A stretch of 64,000 nt of DNA, taken from positions 32,001 through 96,000 of the forward strand of contig JBOEGF010000024.1 in assembly GCA_050633305.1 (NCBI GenBank). The letters are read 5' to 3'. Source of the DNA: Nannocystales bacterium (GTDB lineage Bacteria > Myxococcota_A > Polyangia > Nannocystales > Nannocystaceae). Under the pieces are notes generated by a model that worked only from the letters and a program-made list of their open reading frames with translations, did not search any database and had not been told where the DNA came from. A program made the translations under genes and the position numbers. Each line of letters begins with the position of its first letter. Position 1 is the stretch's first letter. Positions 18,042 through 27,080 of the stretch are shown here, in pieces.

Positions 18042-19466
18042 ATGTCGGGGTGGCTCCGCGAGCGCGCGCGTCCGTTGGCCGTGTATGTGTTTGCGGCGGT
18101 GGTGCTCGCCGTGCTCGCAGGAAAGTCGCTGGCGCGGCCCAGCGCGAACAACCACTTCGTGCACATGGCGAACGGGTGGCTCGAGGGGCGCCTGGAACAC
18201 GAGGGAAAGCCCCCGGGGTACTGCGACGCGAAGCGTCGGCGCGCAGGCAAATGCCGAAACCACCGGTACGATGACTGGGCCGTCCTTCGGACGCTCGAAC
18301 TCCCTGACGGGAAGACGGTGCGGGCGTTCCCGTGCCGGACGAAGCTCTGCAAGGATGCGCGACGGACCGAACGTGTCGAGACCTGGTACGTGACCGGACG
18401 CGGCTGGACCTCGTATCCGGTGGGCGAGGTCCGCCGAAAGGCTGAGACCTGGTACGTCAGTTTCCCCCCGGGGCCGGCTGCGATGATGCTCCCGGCGGTG
18501 GCGGTGTGGGGTCTGGATACGCCCGACGTCCTGCTCACGGTTCTTGTCGCGGCGTGCATCCCCGTCCTCCTCTTAGGATTCCTCGACCGCACCCGCGGCG
18601 CGGATGAGGGCAGGGGCATCGAGAATCTGCTGCTGGCTCTGGCCGTGGGCCTTGGCTCGCCCGCTTGTTTCCTCGGCGCCAACGGAAGTGTCTGGTTTAC
18701 GGCTCAGATCTTCGGCGCGCTCGCGCTGACGGCCTACCTGTCATGCGCGTGGGACCTACGTCGCCCGGCCTATGCGGGGCTGTGGCTGGGGATCGCGGTG
18801 GCCTGTCGTCCCACGATGGCTCTCGCGGTGCTGTTCTTCGCGTGGGAGTGGTGGCGCTGCGGTCGACCGATCCCCGCATTGACCCGGTTCGTGGGGCCCG
18901 TGCTTCTGGTCGGCTCGGCGTTGATGGCTCTGAACCTGGCGCGGTTTGATGCGCCGTTCGAGTTTGGCCACCGCTTCTTGGACATCCGGTGGCAGTCCCG
19001 CATCCAAACGTACGGGCTCTTCCACCCGCGGTACCTGCTGCGCAACCTCGAGTGCATGTTGTGGCTGCTGCCCAAGCAGGTTTGGCCGATGAAGGTCTCC
19101 TTGCACGGCAGCGCGCTGTGGGTGCTCTCGCCGTGGGTGCTCCTGGCGTTCGCAGTGCGCGGACGGTTCGCGCAGAAGTGGGGGCTGGTGCTCACGTTGC
19201 TCGCCCTGATGGTCCCCGCGTTGCTGTACCAAAACAGCGGGCAAACCCAGCCCACCTACCGCTTCGCGATGCTCTGGCTGCCCGTCCTGGCGGTCCTCAT
19301 GGGCCACGGCGGCGCCTTTCGGATGAAACGACTGGCAGTCGGCATGGTCGTGCTGTCGATCGCTGCGCAGAGCTTCGCGGCGTGGATGTTCGTTCGCGAC
19401 AAGGGCAAGTTGTTCGTCACCGACCCGCTTGGCTGGCCGTTCGAGTCTGAGTTTGACGACAGCTGA
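18042..19466 (+). CDS. Polytopic membrane protein, probable GT-C-fold glycosyltransferase
   Basis: Many TM segments, YVSFPPGPA, ACRP, NLARF..PFEFG and YRF motifs, plus a Cys-containing N-terminal loop. Confidence 0.65.
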   Translation: MSGWLRERARPLAVYVFAAVVLAVLAGKSLARPSANNHFVHMANGWLEGRLEHEGKPPGYCDAKRRRAGKCRNHRYDDWAVLRTLELPDGKTVRAFPCRTKLCKDARRTERVETWYVTGRGWTSYPVGEVRRKAETWYVSFPPGPAAMMLPAVAVWGLDTPDVLLTVLVAACIPVLLLGFLDRTRGADEGRGIENLLLALAVGLGSPACFLGANGSVWFTAQIFGALALTAYLSCAWDLRRPAYAGLWLGIAVACRPTMALAVLFFAWEWWRCGRPIPALTRFVGPVLLVGSALMALNLARFDAPFEFGHRFLDIRWQSRIQTYGLFHPRYLLRNLECMLWLLPKQVWPMKVSLHGSALWVLSPWVLLAFAVRGRFAQKWGLVLTLLALMVPALLYQNSGQTQPTYRFAMLWLPVLAVLMGHGGAFRMKRLAVGMVVLSIAAQSFAAWMFVRDKGKLFVTDPLGWPFESEFDDS

Positions 19467-19613
19467 GTTCGACGCCAGTTGGCAAAAAACGCCTTGCGTC
19501 CGGAGCAGAGCCGATCAAGCTGTGTTCCGGAGGCCGACCCATGTCCGTTGAATGCCATCGTCTCAAAGGATCGCTCCCGAGCTTTCGTCTCGGTCCGAGC
19601 TTGATTCCAGCAG

Positions 19614-19818
19614 ACACGGTGGATTCGCGGGGGGCGTCAGACTCGATGTGGCGCGCCTGGCTGTGTGCGCCCCCCTGCGCCCTTCGCTAGCTCGCTCCCG
19701 ACTGCGGACCGAGCACCGCTTCTCGCCCAGCGCACTGTGTCCTCAGAGGGCCGTGGGTCGTGAGCGGCGGAGCGACGACGCGCTTGGGCTGTGTCTTGTC
19801 GACGCCCGCGAACTGTGT
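19614..19818 (+). ncRNA. Candidate long-stem structured RNA upstream of HNH gene
   Basis: Outer helix ACACGG/TTCGCG/GGCGTC (19614-19638) pairs with GACGCC CGCGAA CTGTGT (19801-19818). Inner helices at 19692-98/19769-75, 19716-20/19763-67 and 19726-29/19754-57. Confidence 0.35.
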
Positions 19819-19885
19819 GCGGGCGCGCCCCGCCAATCCCTCGCTTTGCCACTGAAACAACCGACGGAAGACTGGAGATAGACCG

Positions 19886-20320
19886 ATGAACTGGACAAAG
19901 AACGAATACGACACCCTGACTAGCCGCCCGAGCCGGGATGCGCAGTTCTACCTGCAACGCCACCGTCGGCGTCATGGGCTGTGCATCGAGAGCGGCGGCG
20001 GCCGCCTCGCCCGGTTCGGGAAAATCGCTCGGTACAAGCAAACCTCGGTGCAGGACGTCGTCGCTGGACGGCTGGACCGAGTGTACGAGGCCGAATACAA
20101 CCACTACGTGTGGCGCGTCCGGCCTCAGTGTGCGTACTGCAACGAGGTCCTGACTCGCACCACGCTGACGCGTGACCATGTCGTTCCGCGAGCCGCCGGG
20201 GGTGGATCGGGACAGAATCTGGTGCCGGCATGTGGTCCGTGCAACCGGGCCAAGGCCGACCGTTCGCTGCTGGAGTTCTTGGTGGCACGTCGCGCGCGGT
20301 GGCGTGAGCGCATGAACTGA
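19886..20320 (+). CDS. HNH endonuclease (McrA-like, Zn-binding)
   Basis: CAYC...TRDHVVPRAAGG...NLVPACGPCNRAK. GGAG RBS upstream. Confidence 0.9.
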   Translation: MNWTKNEYDTLTSRPSRDAQFYLQRHRRRHGLCIESGGGRLARFGKIARYKQTSVQDVVAGRLDRVYEAEYNHYVWRVRPQCAYCNEVLTRTTLTRDHVVPRAAGGGSGQNLVPACGPCNRAKADRSLLEFLVARRARWRERMN

Positions 20321-20420
20321 CGCGGTTGCGGCGGCGTTCGAATCTCGGGGGTTGTCCCCGGGGCCGGACGTCGCCGCGTCTTCTCAGGCTCGGCCGGTCG
20401 ATGGGAGACGCGTCCCCGAA

Positions 20421-20474
20421 CCCGGCGGACCCAGCGGACCCAGCGGACCCGCCGGACCCAGCGGACCCGCCGGC
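20421..20474. repeat. 9-bp tandem repeat, 6 imperfect units (CCCAGCGGA-like)
   Basis: cccggcgga cccagcgga cccagcgga cccgccgga cccagcgga cccgccggc, between convergent genes. Confidence 0.85.
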
Positions 20475-20496
20475 GCCTGCCCTCCTCGCGACGGTG

Positions 20497-21135
20497 TTAG
20501 CCCTCGCTAATCTCCACCGAGTAGTCCACGACCATTCGGCTGCCCGCCCACGAGGGAAACTTGGACTCGTACACGGAGCGTCGTGCACAAGCACGGACGA
20601 TCGGTTGGTCGAGCTCGGGCGAGGGCAGGACCGAGACCGCGGAGACTTGACCGTTGGGCTCGAGCTCGAACTGGAAATCCAGGGCCCCCGTGCCCGCCGC
20701 TTCGAGATCGTAGCAGGCAGCGAGATCCAGACATTCGAACAGAGCGCCTTGCACGGTCAGAAGGTGCTCGTGCAGCTCGTGATCCTGAAGGAAGGCGTCG
20801 CCTTCGGCGCGGTTGTCTCGACGCCCGCGGTTGCGCCGATACTCCGGGATTTTCGAATCGTCGAGGAGCGCCTCGACCGGAGGGATCTCGCTCTGCGGAA
20901 ACGGACACTCCGCGGAGAGTCTCTCGTTCGTCGTCCCCTCATCGAGACTGTGCCTGGAAACCGTTCGGCCAGCGAGCACGAGGTCGTCGTCGCACAGCCC
21001 GAGCTCACACTCCGGAATACCGTCGCAGGCCCCGTTTGCGCACGGATCTGAGTCCTTTCGACCTGCGCACCCGGCCGCCAGAGCCACAGCCATGACGACA
21101 AGTCCTGCTGCGTGAGTCGAGGCACCGATGCGCAC
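20497..21135 (-). CDS. Cys-rich lipoprotein with AgmX/PglI C-terminal (TonB_C-like) domain
   Basis: LAAGC lipobox and ACYDL...GALDFQFELEPNGQVSAVSV...VRACARRSV..SKFP. Start is 21135 or 21093. Confidence 0.72.
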   Translation of the reverse strand: MRIGASTHAAGLVVMAVALAAGCAGRKDSDPCANGACDGIPECELGLCDDDLVLAGRTVSRHSLDEGTTNERLSAECPFPQSEIPPVEALLDDSKIPEYRRNRGRRDNRAEGDAFLQDHELHEHLLTVQGALFECLDLAACYDLEAAGTGALDFQFELEPNGQVSAVSVLPSPELDQPIVRACARRSVYESKFPSWAGSRMVVDYSVEISEG

Positions 21136-21284
21136 CAAAGGACCATAACAGGTCCGCCCGTGCGCGAGCGCTCGATGAGCGTATCGAACCAAGTTTCGTC
21201 GGACATTGTGGGCGCCGATCGTACCCGTCGCGGCGACATGGCCGTCGGCCTTTCCGCAGGCTGCTGCTAGAGTCTCGTCTGCCG

Positions 21285-21899
21285 ATGCAGGACGACTTCG
21301 AACTCCTCGAGCAGTGGCGTGCGGGCAACACGACTGCAGGGAGCCAGCTGCTACAGCGCTACTTCGACAGCCTCTACCGGTTCTTCTCGAGCAAGGTCGA
21401 TGACGAAGTCGAGGATCTGATTCAAGGGACGCTACTCGCGTGTGTCCGCTACCAAAAATCACTCGACGGGGTGGAGAGCTTTCGGGCGTACCTCTTCACC
21501 GTCGCCCGCAACGAGCTGTTTCGGCACCTTCGCAAGCGGGCGAAACGCGACGTGGTGGATTTTAGCGACACGTCTGTGATCGCGCTCGGGGTCTCGCCGA
21601 CGTCTGCGGTGGCGCAACGACAGCAACAGGCGCGCCTCGTCGCGGGGCTGCGCACGCTCCCGGTCGAGCTTCAACTCGTGTTGGAGCTGCACTACTGGGA
21701 AGGTCTGAGCACCGCGGAACTCGCCGGGGTCATCGACGCGCCCCAAGGGACCGTGAAGAGCCGGCTGAGGCGCGCGCGTACGCTGCTGGCGGAGGCGATG
21801 GAGTCGGCGGAGGGTTCGGTCATCGATCAGCTGACCAGCCGCGACGTCGTGAACTCTTGGGTTCAGGCGATTCGTCGGACCGAGCGCGCGAGTGACTGA
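21285..21899 (+). CDS. ECF-type RNA polymerase sigma-70 factor
   Basis: EDLIQGTLL..FRAYLFTVARNEL (region 2) and LELHYWEGLSTAELA..GTVKSRLRRAR (region 4). Confidence 0.93.
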   Translation: MQDDFELLEQWRAGNTTAGSQLLQRYFDSLYRFFSSKVDDEVEDLIQGTLLACVRYQKSLDGVESFRAYLFTVARNELFRHLRKRAKRDVVDFSDTSVIALGVSPTSAVAQRQQQARLVAGLRTLPVELQLVLELHYWEGLSTAELAGVIDAPQGTVKSRLRRARTLLAEAMESAEGSVIDQLTSRDVVNSWVQAIRRTERASD

Positions 21900-22002
21900 G
21901 CCGAACCGGTCTCCGCGCGCGCGGGCGTGGTCCGCGGCGGCTCGGGTGAGCAGGCCGGCGGAACCTGGGGCGTGCTGCGTTGTCTCGTTGCCTGAGACCG
22001 CC

Positions 22003-22500
22003 ATGCCCAAAAAGAAGAAACGCGTCACCATTCCGCAGCTCGAGGTGGACCTCATTCCGGTCCTCAGTTGCATGTTCCTGCTCATTCCCGCGTTGCTGCT
22101 GGCGATGGAGGCAGCGAACTGGTCGTCGATTCCGGTCTCACCACCGCGCCATGTCGCGACGGGGGACCCCGGGCGCCCTACGGACCCACTGCTTCATCTT
22201 GCCGTCCAGGTCCGAGAAGACGGCTTTGCGGTGTCTTTGGATCGTTGCGCCGGCTGTGGCGACGCTCCGCAGGTGGTTGGCTTGGAGGGAGACGACGGAC
22301 TGGACGGTCTGCGAGAGGCCGCGGAGGGGATCAAGGCCAGCTATCCGTCGCTGGAGGACGTCCACCTGAGCGCGGAAGGGACGATCCCTCTGCAGACCCT
22401 GGTCGAGACCATGGACGTTCTTCGTGGAAGCCAATGCTCCTTGCTTCCGGGCGAAGAGGGCACCAACTGCCTGTTCCCCGGCGTCGTCATCGACGCCTGA
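22003..22500 (+). CDS. exbD: ExbD/TolR (AglS-like) biopolymer transporter subunit
   Basis: EVDLIPVLSCMFLLIPALL TM and VHLSAEGTIPLQTLVETMDVLR..LFP C-terminus. Confidence 0.8.
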   Translation: MPKKKKRVTIPQLEVDLIPVLSCMFLLIPALLLAMEAANWSSIPVSPPRHVATGDPGRPTDPLLHLAVQVREDGFAVSLDRCAGCGDAPQVVGLEGDDGLDGLREAAEGIKASYPSLEDVHLSAEGTIPLQTLVETMDVLRGSQCSLLPGEEGTNCLFPGVVIDA

Positions 22501-22550
22501 GGCGGAAAGGTCGCGCTCGATGTCGGCGGGCCCCCGACCGAGTTGGGCGC

Positions 22551-23186
22551 CTACTCGACGACGCGGTGGATGTACAGACCCGCCGCCGCGTTGACGCCGT
22601 TTTGGTCCGCAGCGCCGGAGCGCTCGAACGTGGAGTACTCCCCGTCGTTGTCCAGGTCGCCAAACGCCTGGGCGGTGAACTGGCACGCGCCGTACCCAGT
22701 GTTCGAGTTGCTCGAGATGTAGTCGTAGTGGAAGAAGTGCCCCTGCTCCATGCCGAAGTTGAGGGCGTTCCACATGGGGTTGGCACCCCACTCATCGATG
22801 TCGTACACGCCTGCGCCGCCGCCACCTTGCCCGGGCACACATCGTCCGCTCGGGCCGTCGTTGCAGTTCACTCCGGGCGTGAAGCCTGCGGAGCCCCCGG
22901 TCGGTGAGCCACTTGGGTGCGGGCAGCGGTGGGTGGCGCCGTCTGCGATGACCCCGCCGTCGCTGATCTGCGTGACCTCACCGCGGTCGACGCGGTCGCT
23001 GGTGAAGTACGCGTTCGTCGCGTCGAACAGCTTGGCCAGCTGCCCGCTCGCCTCCGCGGTTTTGACCCGGCGGATGTAGAGGGTCAGGGTGGGAATCGCA
23101 ATCGCGGCCAGGATTCCGAGGATCGCCACGACGATCATGAGTTCGATGAGCGTGAATCCGCGGTGGCTACGAGATCGCATGATCAT
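22551..23186 (-). CDS. pilA: Type IV pilin
   Basis: Prepilin cleavage motif RG|FTLIELMIVVAILGILAAIAIP and C-terminal FTAQAFGDLDNDG. Confidence 0.9.
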   Translation of the reverse strand: MIMRSRSHRGFTLIELMIVVAILGILAAIAIPTLTLYIRRVKTAEASGQLAKLFDATNAYFTSDRVDRGEVTQISDGGVIADGATHRCPHPSGSPTGGSAGFTPGVNCNDGPSGRCVPGQGGGGAGVYDIDEWGANPMWNALNFGMEQGHFFHYDYISSNSNTGYGACQFTAQAFGDLDNDGEYSTFERSGAADQNGVNAAAGLYIHRVVE

Positions 23187-23236
23187 ACCTTGCAAGACCC
23201 ACGGCGGTACCGGCCCGTAGGTGCATCCCCCGTCGT

Positions 23237-23252
23237 TGCACCTTTCCTGCCT
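23237..23252 (-). promoter_or_regulatory. Candidate sigma-54 (-24/-12) promoter of the pilin gene
   Basis: Minus strand AGGCAGGAAAGGTGCA has GG-N10-GC spacing, about 50 bp upstream of the pilin start. Confidence 0.45.
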
Positions 23253-23399
23253 AACAAAAAAACAATGATCTTCGGCTTTCCGGCCGGCGAGTTCAGGCCT
23301 GAGGCGACAAAAGGCGTCCAGAAGTGCCGAAAATTGGCACGCCATAAGCGCACCAGAAGCGCGCTTCCGCCACCTGTATTTCGATACCCTGCGGGCAAC

Positions 23400-24938
23400 T
23401 TGGCTGCTGACGAGTCCAGCTCTCGCGTGGTCGCACTCGAACCGACCTCTTGGGCGCAGTTGCTGTTCGCCCTGCTCTCGCAGCGGTTCTCAGGTCGGGC
23501 AGAGCTCGATCAAGGCGACGTGCGGCGCCAGATCGTCTTCCACGGTGGCTTCGCGGTGTGGACGGACTACGAGGCTCCAAGAACCGGCGTGTCGGAGATT
23601 TTGCTGTCCGCAGGCATGCTCGCCCCGGCTGAAGCGGAGCAGCTGCGACAGGGCGCGCCTCTGGACAGCCTCGATGCGCGCGCGGCTGCACTGGAGGCAG
23701 GCTTGGTCGACGTGGACACGCTCGGCATGGCGCTGCGTGACCAGTGTGAGCAGCGCTTACTGGCCACCGCAGGTCTCAGCGTGGAGCTCACCTTCCACGA
23801 TGAGCCCGGGCTCGACCCCGATGTGTTGGACGGACTCACGCCCGCCCGCACGCTTCGGGCGATCAACTACGGCGTGCGAGGTCACTGCAGCCCGACCCAG
23901 GCCGAAGATGCGCTGCAGCATCTCGAGGACACCGATCTGCGCATCAGCAGTTCCTACTCGAAGTACAGCGGCCGCTTCGGTTTCGACAGCGGAGAGCAGT
24001 CCACGCTCGAGCTGTTGGGAAGCCGTCGGTCGTTCGTGATCGACGACCTGATGCAGATCTCGGGGCTGGACGCGGTCCGTGGCATTCAGCTTCTGTACAC
24101 GCTGTGGGCGTGCAACATGTTGGTGGAAGCAGGGTCCGAGCCGGACCAGCCTGTGCAGGAGCCGGTGGGGCGAGGCGGTCACAGCGAGCGGTCGCTGGTG
24201 CAGGACCTCGTCGTGGCGAAGATCGCCGCCGGGGCGCCGCCGTTCGACATTCTGGCGCTCCACAAAGACGCGACGTTGCGGGACATCGATCGGGCGCTCG
24301 CCGATCTCCAGAAGAAGGTCGATGGCGAGGATGTCTCTGCGTCTCTGGAAGACGTCCGCGCCGCGGCTCGTGGTGAGCGGCGCCTGACCTCCCGTGCGAT
24401 CGCCCGCAAAGCGGTTGCGGACCGTCGTTGGAAGCGGGCCCTGGAGGCCCTCGAGGACCTTCACGCTCTCGAGCCTGGGGACGTCGGCGTTGAACTCGAC
24501 CTCGCGTGGGCGATCTGGAACAACGGTGATCGAAAGGGCGAGGCTCAGGCTCGGGCCCTCGACGATGCCGTCGCGTTGTGTGGCGAGGAGTCCGAGACCA
24601 TCCGCGCCCGAAGTCAGTTCTACCGTGGTCAGCTCCGCAAGCATCAGGGGCGCAAAAAAGAAGCGCTGAGCGCCTTTGAACGCGCCGCGCAGCTGGATCC
24701 CCGGTTGCTCGATGCGCAACGCGAGTCCCGTGCGCTCTCCGGTGCCGCCGACACCACGACGTCGAGGAAGCAAGTTACGAAGAGTGACCGGGGGAAGCTT
24801 CCGTCCAAGAAGGCAGACAAAGGGCCCCGTTCCAAGTATCTCAGCGGTGCATGGCCCGTGATCTGGGGCATCTCTGGGCTGCTGCTCGTCGCGCTGGCTG
24901 CCGCCCAGATCATGCTGCGGCTCGACGTCGACTACTAG
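23400..24938 (+). CDS. DUF4388-like / degenerate J-domain / TPR protein with C-terminal membrane anchor
   Basis: RFSGRAEL..RRQIVFHGG N-domain, PFDILALHKDATLRDIDRA (J-like helices without HPD), TPR (FYRGQL..ALSAFERAAQLDP) and a terminal TM. Start is estimated. Confidence 0.75.
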   Translation: MAADESSSRVVALEPTSWAQLLFALLSQRFSGRAELDQGDVRRQIVFHGGFAVWTDYEAPRTGVSEILLSAGMLAPAEAEQLRQGAPLDSLDARAAALEAGLVDVDTLGMALRDQCEQRLLATAGLSVELTFHDEPGLDPDVLDGLTPARTLRAINYGVRGHCSPTQAEDALQHLEDTDLRISSSYSKYSGRFGFDSGEQSTLELLGSRRSFVIDDLMQISGLDAVRGIQLLYTLWACNMLVEAGSEPDQPVQEPVGRGGHSERSLVQDLVVAKIAAGAPPFDILALHKDATLRDIDRALADLQKKVDGEDVSASLEDVRAAARGERRLTSRAIARKAVADRRWKRALEALEDLHALEPGDVGVELDLAWAIWNNGDRKGEAQARALDDAVALCGEESETIRARSQFYRGQLRKHQGRKKEALSAFERAAQLDPRLLDAQRESRALSGAADTTTSRKQVTKSDRGKLPSKKADKGPRSKYLSGAWPVIWGISGLLLVALAAAQIMLRLDVDY

Positions 24939-25015
24939 CGAACTCGCGAGACGCGCTTCACCCCGCGGCACCGACAGTTCGGCGCGCACGGGGTGAACAA
25001 CGAACAGCGTTGAGG

Positions 25016-25819
25016 CTAGGCGGCGTTCTTGTCGAGGTGGACGTCCATCTGCGGGAACGGAATGCTGATGCCGGCCTGGTCGAGGGCTTCCTTGACCGCC
25101 TGGGTGCCGCGGTCCCACACGTCCCAGTAGTCCGAGGTCTTGCACCAAATCCGGACCTGGAAGTCGACCGATGACGCGCCCATCGAAGCGAGGAAGATCT
25201 GGTGGCCTTGTTCGATGCGACCCTCGAGCGAGCCGGCAGCCTTGTCGAGGACCTCGCGGACCTGCTTGAGGTCGGCGTCGTAGGCGACACCCACGTTGAT
25301 GTCGACGCGGCGGGCGTCGTGGTGCGTGACGTTGACGATGTTGCCGCTGATGACCGCGGAGTTGGGGAGGATGACGCGCTGGTTGTCGAGGGTGTCGAGT
25401 GCGGTGACGAACAGACCGATCTCCGCGACGACGCCTTCTTGCCCGCCGGACTTGATGTAGTCACCGATGGAAAACGGACGGAAGGTCAGGAGCATCACCC
25501 CAGCCGAGAAGTTGGAGAGCGTGCCTTGGAACGCGAGCCCGATTGCGAGGCCGGCGGCGCCGATGACCGCCGCGAAGCTCGTGGTCTCGACACCGAAGAT
25601 GCCCAACAGAGCGATGACCGAGAGAAGGATCAGACCCCAACGGGACAGCGAGCCGAAGAACAAGGTGAGCGCTTCGTCGAACTTGCGCTTCTTGAGGTTC
25701 TTGACGACCAGTGTCTCGAGCCACGCGGCGACGCGGAAGGCAACCCACAGGCCGATGAGAACGCCGATGATCTTGACGCCGTAGTCGATGAGCGTCGGAA
25801 CCATTTCGTTGAAGTCCAT
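25016..25819 (-). CDS. mscS: Small-conductance mechanosensitive channel
   Basis: AAVIGAAGLAIGLAFQGTLSNFSAGV, RPFSIGD and GISIPFPQ. Confidence 0.95.
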   Translation of the reverse strand: MDFNEMVPTLIDYGVKIIGVLIGLWVAFRVAAWLETLVVKNLKKRKFDEALTLFFGSLSRWGLILLSVIALLGIFGVETTSFAAVIGAAGLAIGLAFQGTLSNFSAGVMLLTFRPFSIGDYIKSGGQEGVVAEIGLFVTALDTLDNQRVILPNSAVISGNIVNVTHHDARRVDINVGVAYDADLKQVREVLDKAAGSLEGRIEQGHQIFLASMGASSVDFQVRIWCKTSDYWDVWDRGTQAVKEALDQAGISIPFPQMDVHLDKNAA

Positions 25820-26039
25820 TGTGCTCACGGCCGGTGCGAACCGCATACCAAACGGTCCGCCGAGGCCTGGAGACACGAAACCCGCGCGACTTCCAACGGT
25901 TGGCCGTCCGGCGCTGCGGCAGGGCCCTCCCGTGGGCCGGGGCGTTCTGCCCCGAGCGGCTGCAACTGTGGCCGGGAGACCCGAGCGCCCGCACAGTCGT
26001 CGGTCCGGTGGTGCGCTGGCCCGCGGTACTATCCTATGG

Positions 26040-26762
26040 ATGCGGGTGTTCGCAGCTGCGCTGGTTGGGCTCGGGTTCGCCGGTGGATGTGGTGGCTCAT
26101 CCTCCGAGACCGGGGGTGATGACTCGACTTCGGAGACCCTCGACGTCGCCTTGAGCGCGTCCGCAGGGACGCTGACCGATTCGGGACCCGACGTTGTCCC
26201 ACCGGGGTGCGGAGACAACCTGCTCGTCGACCCTGGCTTCGAAGGCGGGACACCGAGCGTGGAATGGGCGGAGGCATCGGTGTTGTTCGATACCCCGATC
26301 TGCGATGCGAGTTGCACCGACGACGTCGGGGCGAACCCGTTTTCCGGGAGTTGGTGGGTATGGTTTGGGGGCGTCGCCCAAGCCGATGTTGCGAGCGTCC
26401 AGCAGGACGTGGTCATCCCCGAGGGCAACGCCATGCTGCGCTTTGGGTTCTCGGTCAACGCTGGGTCCGGGAGTGGGAACGATGTGTTCTCCGCCGAGTT
26501 GGATGACGAGACGATCTTCTTGGTGACCGACGCTCAGGTCGGGTCCTTTGGGGGGTGGCGCGTCGTGGAGGAGGACGTTTCGAGCTTCGCCGACGGGGAC
26601 GAACACACGTTGTCGTTCAAAGCTTCGATCGCCGGCGTCGGTGTGACGAACTTCTTCGTGGACGACGTCGAGTTGCTGCCATGCGAGCCGGATGCCCCAG
26701 GAAGCTCGAGCTCTTCGTCGACGGGCGACGGCTCCACGAGCACGGCTTCGTCCGGCACCTGA
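26040..26762 (+). CDS. Lipoprotein with carbohydrate-binding-like beta-sandwich domain
   Basis: FAGGC lipobox, NLLVDPGFEGG...FSGSWWVWFGG...FFVDDVEL. Confidence 0.75.
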   Translation: MRVFAAALVGLGFAGGCGGSSSETGGDDSTSETLDVALSASAGTLTDSGPDVVPPGCGDNLLVDPGFEGGTPSVEWAEASVLFDTPICDASCTDDVGANPFSGSWWVWFGGVAQADVASVQQDVVIPEGNAMLRFGFSVNAGSGSGNDVFSAELDDETIFLVTDAQVGSFGGWRVVEEDVSSFADGDEHTLSFKASIAGVGVTNFFVDDVELLPCEPDAPGSSSSSSTGDGSTSTASSGT

Positions 26763-26798
26763 AAACCGACATCCTGCGCCGCGCGGACGACCGGGCCG

Positions 26799-27077
26799 CT
26801 ACGAGCCCTGGGGCTCGGTCGTCGCTTCGGCGTGTACGAAGGCTCGGCGGGCGCGGGCCTCGAGCCGCGCGAGGTCCAACGACGTGGCATCGGGGAGGTG
26901 CGCCGGGACATCGGCGTTGGCGAGCCAGGCCGGAGGCGCCGAGAACGACGGTGCCGGGCGAGCGCGGGTGGCTTCGGAGGCGAGGCGGCAGAGGTCGATG
27001 ACGCCGGATTCGGCCTCGTACCAGTCGTAGCCATGAACGGCGGCCGGCTGCGATGCCTTCGTCCCGCGGTGTTTCAT
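26799..27077 (-). CDS. Small hypothetical protein
   Basis: ATG lies 3 bp after the galE stop on the same strand. No motif recognised. Confidence 0.4.
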   Translation of the reverse strand: MKHRGTKASQPAAVHGYDWYEAESGVIDLCRLASEATRARPAPSFSAPPAWLANADVPAHLPDATSLDLARLEARARRAFVHAEATTEPQGS

Positions 27078-27080
27078 CGA

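Noticed and set aside
20421..20474. Possible CRISPR or guide array next to the HNH gene
   Set aside because: The units are 9 bp, contiguous and have no spacers. No repeat-spacer array or cas gene was seen anywhere in the window.
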